This document shows, one piece after another, positions 1 through 8,324 of a stretch of DNA of 57,844 nt. A program made the translations under genes and the position numbers. Numbering within the stretch: position 1 is the first letter of the stretch; the number at the start of each line of letters is the position of its first letter. The notes beneath the pieces were generated by a model. It ran no database searches, was not told where the DNA came from, and saw only the letters and a program-made list of their open reading frames with translations. Location of the stretch: positions 1 through 57,844 of the forward strand of contig CAYVTI010000011.1 of the NCBI GenBank assembly GCA_964454545.1, given 5' to 3'. Origin of the DNA: an uncultured Rickettsiales bacterium. Its GTDB lineage: Bacteria; Pseudomonadota; Alphaproteobacteria; Rickettsiales; JABCZZ01.

Positions 1-145
1 GAATCACAAAAACAGACCACTGTAAATTATTACTTTTTTATAAGTCTATACCCTAGGTTCTGGGAGTTAGGTTCTAGTGAATATTCTGGCTAATTAAACG
101 GAAATATACTATACGCTAGTACCCAGAACCTAGCCCCTAGAACCT

Positions 146-685
146 ATGAAAAAGCAGCTCCCCAACATATTGACCTATTCGCGCATACTGGTGATACCTT
201 TGCTGGTGCTGGTTTTCTATATCGGCACAACGACGGCCGACCTCGTCTGCGCCATGCTTTTCCTCTATGCGAGCATCACCGATTTCTTCGACGGCTATCT
301 GGCGCGCGCATGGCATGCCCATTCGAACCTAGGCAAATTCCTTGACCCGATAGCCGACAAGCTCCTTATTGCCACCTGCCTGATGCTGCTTGTTGGCAGC
401 CACCGGGCCGCCATACTGCCGTCGCTTGCTATTCTGTGCCGCGAGATACTGGTTTCAGGACTGCGGGAGTTTCTTGCCGATTTAAGAATAAGCGTGCCGG
501 TCTCCACCCTTGCCAAATACAAGACCGCCGCCCAGATGGTGGCGATTTTCCTGCTGCTGCTCGGGCCGGGATTTCCTATGCTGCAAACGCTTGGCGACAT
601 CCTGCTCTGGGCCGCCGCGCTGCTGACGCTTGTCACCGGCTACGCCTACCTGCGCACCGGGCTGAAGCATCTGGCGGAGGAGTAA
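146..685 (+). CDS. pgsA: CDP-diacylglycerol--glycerol-3-phosphate 3-phosphatidyltransferase
   Basis: N-terminal LPNILTYSRI and CDP-alcohol phosphotransferase motif DFFDGYLAR..G..LDPIADK. Confidence 0.96.
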   Translation: MKKQLPNILTYSRILVIPLLVLVFYIGTTTADLVCAMLFLYASITDFFDGYLARAWHAHSNLGKFLDPIADKLLIATCLMLLVGSHRAAILPSLAILCREILVSGLREFLADLRISVPVSTLAKYKTAAQMVAIFLLLLGPGFPMLQTLGDILLWAAALLTLVTGYAYLRTGLKHLAEE

Positions 686-689
686 TAAT

Positions 690-953
690 TTACTTTATAT
701 GTAAGCCTTCTTTAATAAGCTGTTTGATAAGAGTCTGATAAGGTATCACCAGTTCATTTGCCCTTTCCTTTACTTCATTGATCAGCCATTCCGGCAACCT
801 GATAGACACCGATCGGGTAGTAGGTTTCAGGTTGGGAAACCGGGCACGCTTGAAATCTCCCGGCTCAAAATGCTCTGTCAGGTCAAGATCCGCCCACCAT
901 TGCGCTTCCTTTTCCTCGTTCTTGAATTTCGATCTGTTAATTGGCTTTTTCAT
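690..953 (-). CDS. BrnA/CopG-like ribbon-helix-helix antitoxin
   Basis: FKNEEKEAQWW...TRSVSIRLP...IPYQTLIK pattern; overlaps the 3' end of a BrnT gene. Confidence 0.85.
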   Translation of the reverse strand: MKKPINRSKFKNEEKEAQWWADLDLTEHFEPGDFKRARFPNLKPTTRSVSIRLPEWLINEVKERANELVIPYQTLIKQLIKEGLHIK

Positions 954-1233
954 ACAAAACTACCTCTTTTTTATTTACGCTCCGCGCTGATATGATTCTG
1001 ATTCTTTTTTTTCTCAGGGTGAAAACGATATACAGCAACCTCCCTTTTTTCGTCTTGCCAAGCAGGATAAAACGGTCCTCCTTATCCGAGTGCTTTGCAT
1101 CGGCCGCTATCACTTTGTTTTCATCAAAAAATACTTCTTCAGCCTCTTCGGCGGCGACGTTATGCTTTTCCAGGCTTTTATGCCTGTTCCACTCGTCCCA
1201 TTCAAACCCTTCGACATCTTTGAATATATACAT
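937..1233 (-). CDS. BrnT family toxin (DUF497)
   Basis: FEWDEWNRHKSLEKH...EEVFFD...HSDKEDRF..LG...IVFTLR...IRIISAR. Confidence 0.92.
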   Translation of the reverse strand: MYIFKDVEGFEWDEWNRHKSLEKHNVAAEEAEEVFFDENKVIAADAKHSDKEDRFILLGKTKKGRLLYIVFTLRKKRIRIISARSVNKKEVVLYEKAN

Positions 1234-1272
1234 GTATATACTGTATTATACAAATACCACCATCCATGTCAA
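1225..1272 (-). promoter_or_regulatory. Sigma70 promoter (TTGACA-16nt-TATAAT) and perfect 16-bp palindrome TATATACATGTATATA over the brnT start codon (probable antitoxin operator)
   Basis: -35 at 1267-1272 and -10 at 1245-1250 on the minus strand; palindrome 1225-1240. Confidence 0.7.
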
Positions 1273-1286
1273 GCATACTTAACCAT

Positions 1287-1396
1287 GCCTGCCTACGCAC
1301 CGGGCTGAAGCGCCTAAGGGGTAAATAGCCATCGTCATTGCCGCCTGCGCGCCGACTCAACTATGCAGGGGAAATATTTCTGCATGACCCTTCCTG
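1287..1396. repeat. Degenerate duplicated junction: pgsA 3' end + collapsed REP-like palindrome + 3' end of ORF 2193-2633
   Basis: CGCACCGGGCTGAAGC at 653-668 and 1296-1311; ATCGTCATTGCCGC at 1331-1344 and 2094-2107; GGGGAAATATTTCTGCATG at 1368-1386 and 2220-2238. Confidence 0.85.
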
Positions 1397-1460
1397 CCAT
1401 TTGTTATTGAACAAACATCCAGCGAATAATAAGCTGCCTTTAGATAATTTCTTATCAATA

Positions 1461-1489
1461 TTGACAAAGGAAATTATTGGGGGTACAAA
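1461..1489 (+). promoter_or_regulatory. Sigma70-like promoter of the second brnTA operon (probably leaderless mRNA)
   Basis: TTGACA-17nt-TACAAA, with the GTG start 5 nt downstream. Confidence 0.55.
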
Positions 1490-1494
1490 TAATA

Positions 1495-1773
1495 GTGAAG
1501 ATTGAATTCAACTATAAAAAGAATCTGAAGAACAAATATGATCCTTCGCGGGGCTTCGGCTTTGAACGCGCTGAAATGATAGATTGGGAAACTGCGGTAA
1601 CGCTTGAGGATACGCGCAGGGATTATGGGGAACGCCGCTATATAACATATGGAATGATTGGCGAAAGGCTGCATGTGCTGGTATGGACGCCAAGGGGCAG
1701 AAAGCGCCGCGTGATAAGCCTGCGTAAAGCCAATCGGAGAGAAAGGAGTTTATATGAAGAAGAAATCCACTGA
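1495..1773 (+). CDS. BrnT family toxin
   Basis: KIEFNYKKNLKN...RGFGFE...DTRRDYGERRY...LHVLVWTPRG...RVISLRKANRRE; GTG at 1495 chosen as start. Confidence 0.9.
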   Translation: MKIEFNYKKNLKNKYDPSRGFGFERAEMIDWETAVTLEDTRRDYGERRYITYGMIGERLHVLVWTPRGRKRRVISLRKANRRERSLYEEEIH

Positions 1774-2086
1774 AACTTTCACGGCCAGCAATGGCGTAAA
1801 AATAGAATACAGTCCTGAATTGGAAGCTGCAAAACCGCTTAATGATGCCGAATGGAAAAGGATGAAGCGCGTAAAGACAGAGGCAGTGCTGTCGCCTGAA
1901 TACATGCAGGCCATCAATGAATTTGTCTCTAAAAAGATGCGTGGAAGGCCGCCCAAGCCCAATAAGAAGAAAGATATAAAGTTGCGCATTGATCCTGACG
2001 TGCTTAAGGCATTCAGGGCGACCGGCAAAGGCTGGCAGACACGGATGAATGATGCCCTGCGCCACTGGGCTGAAGAACGCATATAG
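1754..2086 (+). CDS. BrnA family antitoxin (DUF4415)
   Basis: RGRPPKP.KK.IKLRIDPDVL.AFRATGKGWQTRMNDALR. Confidence 0.92.
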   Translation: MKKKSTETFTASNGVKIEYSPELEAAKPLNDAEWKRMKRVKTEAVLSPEYMQAINEFVSKKMRGRPPKPNKKKDIKLRIDPDVLKAFRATGKGWQTRMNDALRHWAEERI

Positions 2087-2094
2087 AAAAATTA

Positions 2095-2178
2095 TCGTCA
2101 TTGCCGCGAAGGTGGCAATCTCTTCATCAATAGGATAAAATCCGGAAAAAGAGGTTCCCGCCTGCGCGGGAACGACGA
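2095..2178. repeat. REP/dRS3-like bipartite palindromic element
   Basis: TCGTCATTGCCGCGAAGGTGGCAATCT ... GAGGTTCCCGCCTGCGCGGGAACGACGA; two hairpin arms in inverted orientation. Confidence 0.7.
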
Positions 2179-2192
2179 GGAGGAAATAATAA

Positions 2193-2633
2193 TTAAGCGG
2201 CTTTCGCATCCACCATGCCGGGGAAATATTTCTGCATGGCTTCCTGAGTCTTTTTCTTACCTAATGCTTCATTATAAGCGTATTCAGCACCAGCTGGACG
2301 GGGCGGAATATCAAAATATAGGGAATTACTTCTAAATACGTCATCACTAAGAGATGAATAAAGGACTTTTTCTATTCCCATCTGATTAAAGACAGCCATC
2401 ATATCATCTGCATTAAAAAGTTCATGAACCTGATTCTTGTGCTTCTCATATAGATCACGCATCGCATGTAGAGCCCCCATCATGACCAATCCGTCCTCTA
2501 TATTGTCATCTTTTATTCTCATGCATGCTTCATGCTGAAGTAACATGTAAGTTATTTGCAAATTGCTAACTTGAAGAATTGTCTGTGCGATTTCTTCATT
2601 ATTTGTTCTGGCATTCTCGGAATTATAATTCAT
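2193..2633 (-). CDS. Hypothetical protein (146 aa), downstream partner of the 496-aa orphan
   Basis: Open frame with AAGGAAAG upstream; AT-rich; no recognised motif. Confidence 0.7.
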   Translation of the reverse strand: MNYNSENARTNNEEIAQTILQVSNLQITYMLLQHEACMRIKDDNIEDGLVMMGALHAMRDLYEKHKNQVHELFNADDMMAVFNQMGIEKVLYSSLSDDVFRSNSLYFDIPPRPAGAEYAYNEALGKKKTQEAMQKYFPGMVDAKAA

Positions 2634-2668
2634 AAAAAGTTACCTACTTTCCTTATTTGTATATTAGC

Positions 2669-4159
2669 CTACTGGCGAAAAGTACCACTAGGTAATCTTC
2701 CAGGAGCTTTTCCTCCTGCTACCTCCTGATATGCTTGAGATTGTTGCTTGGTTGCTTTAGCATGATCTGATATTACCACTGCAGCTTCATAAGTAGCCTT
2801 TGCTATCTTATCTACTATTTTAGCCCTTTGTTTCGGGTCTATATGATAATTATCAAAGTGAGTTTGGCAGAGTTGTTCAATCTGACTTTTGATATTACCT
2901 TTACTTACATGTCGACGTTGATCTGCCTGAAGCACTTGATCAGTTGTATCCTGTATAGCATTTAACTTGTTTACTTCACTGCCAACGCTGTCTTGGCTAG
3001 CATCTGTAATATTAGATGAATTATGCTGTGCCATTTGCAAACCAATGTTGCGTCTCTGTCCCCTCTGTTCATGAATAACTTTATTAAATTGAACATCTTG
3101 AAGAGATAGCTGTGTCACATATGCCTCTACAGAATTATTTATATCCCTAATCATCTGTGATCTTTCTTCCTCTTTAATCCTTCCTTTTGGAATTACCCAC
3201 AGAAATTTCGATCTATGTGTAGGGACATGATCCGCCACAAGCATAGCAAGGCGTTTCTCCACATCATCATCAAATCTAGTTTTTCCTTCTATTACTCTGG
3301 TGAGAATTTTATCTTTATCACCCACCTGTTCCACCACATCAGTGCCCAATACATCTTGAGCCAATAGATATAAGCGAGAGTAGTCCTCAGATCGCATACT
3401 GCCTTCCATAAATTTCTTATGCGATCTATCTAATTCATCTCCTAAAGCAACTCCTAAAACTTGACGCCCTCTTCCACTTGAATAAAGTTGCGCTAAGATT
3501 TGTACTTCTTGATCAGTGGGTACCACCGGTGGGTTTAAAAAATTTCCAAAGAATGATCTATTAGTATGTAGATCGCCGATAAAATCTGTTACTGCCGCCT
3601 GAGCAAATTCATCTGCACCAAGACCAGAAAATTTTGGATTATGAGAATAGCTTCTAACTCGTCTATCAAGCGCTTGGTCTAATACTTGGATAATAGGTGT
3701 CCACGACGAATCTAATTGTGGTTGTTGAGGCACAGTTTGAAACTGCATTGTTCCCAGCGGCTGGGACAACGGAACGATTGGTTGTTTAGGACCATTTGGC
3801 TGCGAAACTGGACCACTTGGTGCCACCACTGTCTGCAATGTTGGAGAAGATGCTAGTGTCAACGTTTGCTGAGCTAGTGCAGCATGTTTTTTCACCATCT
3901 GCTCAAGTCCGTTCGGCCAGTTTGCATCGGTATATGTTAAAAGTTCTCCTTGCAATGCTGTATCTCTAGCAAAATTAGCATTGAGACTGGATGGATTAGT
4001 CCGTATACCTCTCAAAATAGCATCTAATCCTGCCTGCTTCAATTCGTTCCAACCAATAGATGAATTGTTTCCTAATGCTTCAGCCATTCCATTAATATAA
4101 TCAGATTGAAACTCTGATAAAACACTATTCAGAGCTTGACTTGCTTGTACTACTGCCAT
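2669..4159 (-). CDS. Hypothetical Gln-rich, probably helical protein (496 aa); candidate secreted effector
   Basis: Long ORF with GAGGGG RBS; AT-richer than flanking core genes; Pro/Gln linker around aa 105-150; no recognised domain. Confidence 0.75.
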   Translation of the reverse strand: MAVVQASQALNSVLSEFQSDYINGMAEALGNNSSIGWNELKQAGLDAILRGIRTNPSSLNANFARDTALQGELLTYTDANWPNGLEQMVKKHAALAQQTLTLASSPTLQTVVAPSGPVSQPNGPKQPIVPLSQPLGTMQFQTVPQQPQLDSSWTPIIQVLDQALDRRVRSYSHNPKFSGLGADEFAQAAVTDFIGDLHTNRSFFGNFLNPPVVPTDQEVQILAQLYSSGRGRQVLGVALGDELDRSHKKFMEGSMRSEDYSRLYLLAQDVLGTDVVEQVGDKDKILTRVIEGKTRFDDDVEKRLAMLVADHVPTHRSKFLWVIPKGRIKEEERSQMIRDINNSVEAYVTQLSLQDVQFNKVIHEQRGQRRNIGLQMAQHNSSNITDASQDSVGSEVNKLNAIQDTTDQVLQADQRRHVSKGNIKSQIEQLCQTHFDNYHIDPKQRAKIVDKIAKATYEAAVVISDHAKATKQQSQAYQEVAGGKAPGRLPSGTFRQ

Positions 4160-4211
4160 AAACCCCTCATCGATCTAAGTCTTTCTTACCCTCCATTATA
4201 CATACTAAGCA

Positions 4212-4226
4212 TTAACAGTGTGTTAA
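4212..4226. promoter_or_regulatory. CtrA-binding box
   Basis: TTAA-CAGTGTG-TTAA about 50 bp upstream of the 496-aa ORF. Confidence 0.65.
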
Positions 4227-4305
4227 TTTTATTTGACAGTTTTATGGCAGTTTTGTGACGGGGAACGTGGTGCGTGGCGGCGTGACGGGTGGCATGCGGG
4301 TATGC

Positions 4306-4331
4306 CGTCATTCCGGCGAAAGATGGAATCT
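4306..4331 (+). repeat. Single arm of the REP-like element
   Basis: CGTCATTCCGGCGAAAGATGGAATCT, similar to 2096-2121. Confidence 0.6.
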
Positions 4332-4346
4332 AAGGAATTCAATAGG

Positions 4347-4480
4347 ATGACAGAAAAACGCTACACATCGTCTAAAATGCATGGTATCTTGCCGCCAGCC
4401 AGTAGAATACAAGGATAAGTACGCCAAAAAAGCGCAAGTTCGGCGGTAAAAAAAGGAAATTTCACCAACTACCTAATAAA
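4347..4480 (+). pseudogene. Possible eroded GIY-YIG nuclease remnant
   Basis: MTEKRYTSSKMHGIL resembles a deleted MxKxYYVYILxSKxxGxLY start; directly follows a REP arm. Confidence 0.25.
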
Positions 4481-4554
4481 ATCTATCATTTCAGACTTGC
4501 AACTCATAAGCTTGTTTTTATAATTAATTTGTTATAATATATAAAGGTAAGCGG

Positions 4555-4911
4555 ATGACGTTCAATATACGGTCGGTTGTCTGGCTTGGAAATTCCAGAA
4601 ATAGCCTGCAGGAGTTTCCTAAACAGGTTCGCAGCGATATGGGCATGGCGCTTTTTGCCGCTCAATGCGGCGAGACAGCCGAGCATGTTAAACCGTTCAA
4701 AGGAGTGGAGAGCGGTGTTTTTGAAATTGCCGAACGTTACAACAAGAATGCTTACCGAATCGTATACGGCGTTCAGATTGGAGAAAGAATATATGTCCTG
4801 CATGCCTTTCAGAAAAAATCCAAGAAGGGCATAGCTACTCCGAAACAGGACATGGATTTAATTATGAAACGTTACAAGGAAGCACGGGAGCACGCAAAAA
4901 ATGACCAGTAA
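4555..4911 (+). CDS. RelE/HigB family toxin (Gp49-like)
   Basis: VVWLGNS...FPKQVR..MG.ALF.AQ.G...KPFKG..SGVFEI...AYRIVY...IYVLHAFQKKS. Confidence 0.92.
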   Translation: MTFNIRSVVWLGNSRNSLQEFPKQVRSDMGMALFAAQCGETAEHVKPFKGVESGVFEIAERYNKNAYRIVYGVQIGERIYVLHAFQKKSKKGIATPKQDMDLIMKRYKEAREHAKNDQ

Positions 4912-5239
4912 GAAAATTACAGAAATTGAATTTGAAATAAGTTCTGACAACATCTTTGCCGATCTCGGCCTTGAGGATGCCGACGAGCTTTATACGCGGG
5001 CTGCGCTCGGCGTTCAGGTCCTGAGAATTATAAGAGAACGAGGCTACAGCCAGAAGGAAGCAGCCGAATTTCTTGGCCTGAAACAGCCGGAGGTCTCTGC
5101 AATCATGTGCGCGAAATTCAGCCGGTTCAGCCAGGAGCGCCTCATCGCTTTTCTTAATAAACTGAATCAGAAAGTGACTATACAGGTCAGCCGCCATTAT
5201 AAAGGCGAACCCTATCAGCAAGTCACTTTCGCTCCATAA
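4901..5239 (+). CDS. HigA-type XRE-family HTH antitoxin
   Basis: SSDNIFADLGL.DA.EL...SQKEAAEFLGLKQPEVS...FSQERL..FL. Confidence 0.9.
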   Translation: MTSKKITEIEFEISSDNIFADLGLEDADELYTRAALGVQVLRIIRERGYSQKEAAEFLGLKQPEVSAIMCAKFSRFSQERLIAFLNKLNQKVTIQVSRHYKGEPYQQVTFAP

Positions 5240-5251
5240 TATGCCCAACAG

Positions 5252-6184
5252 CTAATGCGTCAGAAACCGTTCGGCCTCAAGGGCGGCCATGCAGCCGGTT
5301 CCGGCGGCGGTGACGGCCTGGCGGAAAATCTTGTCCTGCACGTCGCCTGCGGCAAAAACGCCAGTGATATTGGTCTGCGTCGTGCCCGGCCTGGTAATGA
5401 TGTATTTGTCCTCGTCCATAGCCACCTGCCCTTCAAAAATATGGGTATTGGGCATATGGCCGATGGCGATGAACGCCCCGTCGGTCCTGAACTCGGTTAC
5501 CTTCCCGGTCTTGAGGTTCCTGAGACGCGCGGCGGTAAGAGCAGGCGGGTCTTCCGTGCCGACGAATTCCTCGACCACGCTGTCCCAGATCACGGAAACC
5601 TTGGGATTACTGAACAGCCTCTCCTGCCCGATCTTCTCGGCGCGCAGGGAATCGCGGCGATGAATGAGCGTCACCTTGCTCGCAAGCTGGGCGAGGTATA
5701 ACGCCTCTTCCACCGCGCTGTTGCCGCCGCCTATTACCACCACTTCCTTATCGCGGAAGAAAAACCCGTCACAGGTCGCGCAGGCGGAGACGCCGAATCC
5801 CTGGAATGTCTGCTCGCCCGGCACATGGAGCCAGCGTGCCGAGGCGCCGGTCGCAATCACCAGCGTATCGCCAGTATAGACATCCCCGTTATCGCCCACG
5901 CAGATGAACGGCCGCCTGGACAAATCCACCCTCACAATCGTGTCGCGGAATATCTGCGTGCCGACGTGCAAGGCCTGTTTTTCCATCTGTTCCATGAGCC
6001 ACGGCCCTTTGACGGCGTGCTCGAAACCGGGAAAATTCTCCACATCCGTGGTGATGGTCAACTGCCCGCCGGGCTGCATGCCGTGCACCATAATGGGCTT
6101 GAGAGCCGCACGCGCGCCATAAATCGCTGCTGTGCATCCGGCAGCGCCGGAGCCGAGAATGAGGAGTTTGGTGTGATAATTCAT
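5252..6184 (-). CDS. trxB: Thioredoxin-disulfide reductase
   Basis: GSGAAG FAD motif, GGQLTITTDVENFPG, CATCDG active site, GGGNSA, FAAGDV. Confidence 0.97.
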   Translation of the reverse strand: MNYHTKLLILGSGAAGCTAAIYGARAALKPIMVHGMQPGGQLTITTDVENFPGFEHAVKGPWLMEQMEKQALHVGTQIFRDTIVRVDLSRRPFICVGDNGDVYTGDTLVIATGASARWLHVPGEQTFQGFGVSACATCDGFFFRDKEVVVIGGGNSAVEEALYLAQLASKVTLIHRRDSLRAEKIGQERLFSNPKVSVIWDSVVEEFVGTEDPPALTAARLRNLKTGKVTEFRTDGAFIAIGHMPNTHIFEGQVAMDEDKYIITRPGTTQTNITGVFAAGDVQDKIFRQAVTAAGTGCMAALEAERFLTH

Positions 6185-6258
6185 AGCGGCTGTGACCTGC
6201 GGCCTGTGGCCTGATCCTTACAGATCGCTGACCACTGGCTACAAATCACATATTTTCC

Positions 6259-6897
6259 CTACAAGCTTTTCGCATGCTTTTTCAGGTAATTCGCAACGCC
6301 GGAAGCGGTTGCCTTCATGCCTTCCTCACCGCGGTTCCAGTTGGCCGGACAGACTTCGCCGTTCTCCTCATGGAAATTGAGCGCGTCGACCATGCGCAGC
6401 GCTTCATCGACATTGCGGCCAAGCGGCAGATCGTTGACGATCTGATGGCGCACTATGCCTTCACCGTCAATCAGGAACACGCCCCGAAACGCCACCGCCT
6501 CTCCCGTCAGCACGTCATAATCACGGGCGATCGATTTGGTGAGATCCGAAACCAGCGGGAACTGCACATCGCCGATACCGCCTTTTTCCACCGGCGTATT
6601 CTTCCATGCAAGATGGGTAAACTTCGAGTCTACCGACACGCCGATGAGCTCAGCGCCACGCGCCTTGAATTCCTTAACGCGGTTGTTGAACGCAATGATT
6701 TCCGAGGGGCAGACAAAAGTGAAATCGAGCGGATAGAAGAACAGAATCCCCTTCCTGCCCTTTTTGGTCACTTTTCCGTTTGCATCGCGCTTAATTCCAA
6801 GGTGGTTAAACAGGTTGAACTTGTCGTCAAACGAATTATCGGCCAGAACCGCGGACGCGGTGAAATCCGGCGCTACCTTACCTACTAATACAGCCAT
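6259..6897 (-). CDS. ahpC: 2-Cys peroxiredoxin (AhpC/Prx1)
   Basis: FFYPLDFTFVCPSE and GEVCPANW; GGGAGG RBS before ATG 6897. Confidence 0.93.
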   Translation of the reverse strand: MAVLVGKVAPDFTASAVLADNSFDDKFNLFNHLGIKRDANGKVTKKGRKGILFFYPLDFTFVCPSEIIAFNNRVKEFKARGAELIGVSVDSKFTHLAWKNTPVEKGGIGDVQFPLVSDLTKSIARDYDVLTGEAVAFRGVFLIDGEGIVRHQIVNDLPLGRNVDEALRMVDALNFHEENGEVCPANWNRGEEGMKATASGVANYLKKHAKSL

Positions 6898-7033
6898 AAA
6901 ACCTCCCATGTAGATATGAAATTACGAGGGCGTCATATTAGTTCAACCTCCTGCGACAAATCAATCCTTTTATTTGAATTCCCTACTGAAAGGATGTAAG
7001 GATGTAATTCCTTTAAACAACAACTGCAGGTAT

Positions 7034-8323
7034 ATGGAAACCGAAATTGCGCTGACCGCCATTTTCCTATGCATATTGCTATCCGCATTCTTCTCAAGCT
7101 CTGAAACCGCGATCACGGCCGTTTCACGCGCGCGCATCTACCACCTGATACTGGAGGGCAATAAACGCGCCCAGGCTGTCGGCAACCTGCGCAAGAAAAA
7201 GGAACAATTCATCGGGGGAATCATGCTCGGCAATAATGCCGTCAATATCCTCGCATCCGCCTTAGCGACGGAGCTTGCCATCAGGACATGGGGGGATGAG
7301 AACGGGGTATTGTATGCCACCATCATCATGACGGTAGTGGTCGTCATTTTCGCAGAAGTTCTGCCGAAAACCTATGCCATACAGAATTCCGAAAAAGCCG
7401 CCCTGCATCTTGCCCCCGCCATCAGCCTCGTGATGAAGCTGCTTCATCCTCTCAACATGGCGCTGCAGTTCATTACCAGAAACATTCTCAGGCTGTTTGG
7501 CGTCGACATCACCCGCACCCATTCGCTTTCTTCCGCCGCCGATGTCATCCGCGGCACGATCGAGCTGCATCACCACGAAGGAAAAGTGGTCAAGCAGGAA
7601 CGCGACATGCTGGGCAGCATCCTTGACATGCAGGAAGTGCTCGTGAGTGAAATCATGGTGCACCGTCTCAACATGGAAACCATCGATGCCAACCTTCCGG
7701 TCGAAGAAATCATCAACCATGCGGTAGGCAGCGCCCATAGCCGTATCCCCTTCTGGCGGGGGGAGCCGGACAATATCATCGGCGTGCTGCACGTCAAAAC
7801 CCTTATCAAGGCGCTGCGCGAAAATAATAGCAAGCTTACCAGCGAGCAGATACGCAGGACTCTTGTGAAACCCTGGTTCATACCTGAAACGACTACCATC
7901 AACAGCCAGCTGCATGAATTCCGCGCGCAAAGGCAGCATCTCGCGCTGGTGGTGGATGAATATGGCGTGCTGCAGGGATTGGTTACGCTGGAAGACATCA
8001 TCGAGGAAATCGTCGGGCGCATAGATGACGAGCATGATAAGCATGTCACGAGCGACATCATCGCCGTTGGCAATGACAGCTATATCGTGAACGGCAGCAT
8101 GACCATCCGCGACCTGAACCGGGAACAGGGATGGAACCTGCCGGATGACGAAGCGTCCACCATCGCAGGCCTTGTCATAAACGAGGCGGAGCTGATACCG
8201 GAAGTCGGGGAGGCATTCGAATTTCATAACATGCGCTTTGCCATACTGGACAAGAAGGGCAACCAGATTACGCGGCTGAAAATTGAGAAGCTTGCGCCTG
8301 CAGAAACGGAAGAAAACGCCTAA
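7034..8323 (+). CDS. HlyC/CorC (CNNM, DUF21-CBS-CorC) transporter family protein
   Basis: SAFFSSSETA, FAEVLPK, HSRIP, VVDEYG..GLVTLEDIIEEIVG.I.DEHD. Confidence 0.93.
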   Translation: METEIALTAIFLCILLSAFFSSSETAITAVSRARIYHLILEGNKRAQAVGNLRKKKEQFIGGIMLGNNAVNILASALATELAIRTWGDENGVLYATIIMTVVVVIFAEVLPKTYAIQNSEKAALHLAPAISLVMKLLHPLNMALQFITRNILRLFGVDITRTHSLSSAADVIRGTIELHHHEGKVVKQERDMLGSILDMQEVLVSEIMVHRLNMETIDANLPVEEIINHAVGSAHSRIPFWRGEPDNIIGVLHVKTLIKALRENNSKLTSEQIRRTLVKPWFIPETTTINSQLHEFRAQRQHLALVVDEYGVLQGLVTLEDIIEEIVGRIDDEHDKHVTSDIIAVGNDSYIVNGSMTIRDLNREQGWNLPDDEASTIAGLVINEAELIPEVGEAFEFHNMRFAILDKKGNQITRLKIEKLAPAETEENA

Positions 8324-8324
8324 A

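Noticed and set aside
1508-2209. 233-aa minus-strand ORF
   Set aside because: Antisense to brnT/brnA; its N-terminus (VVPAQAGT) is just translation of the REP palindrome.
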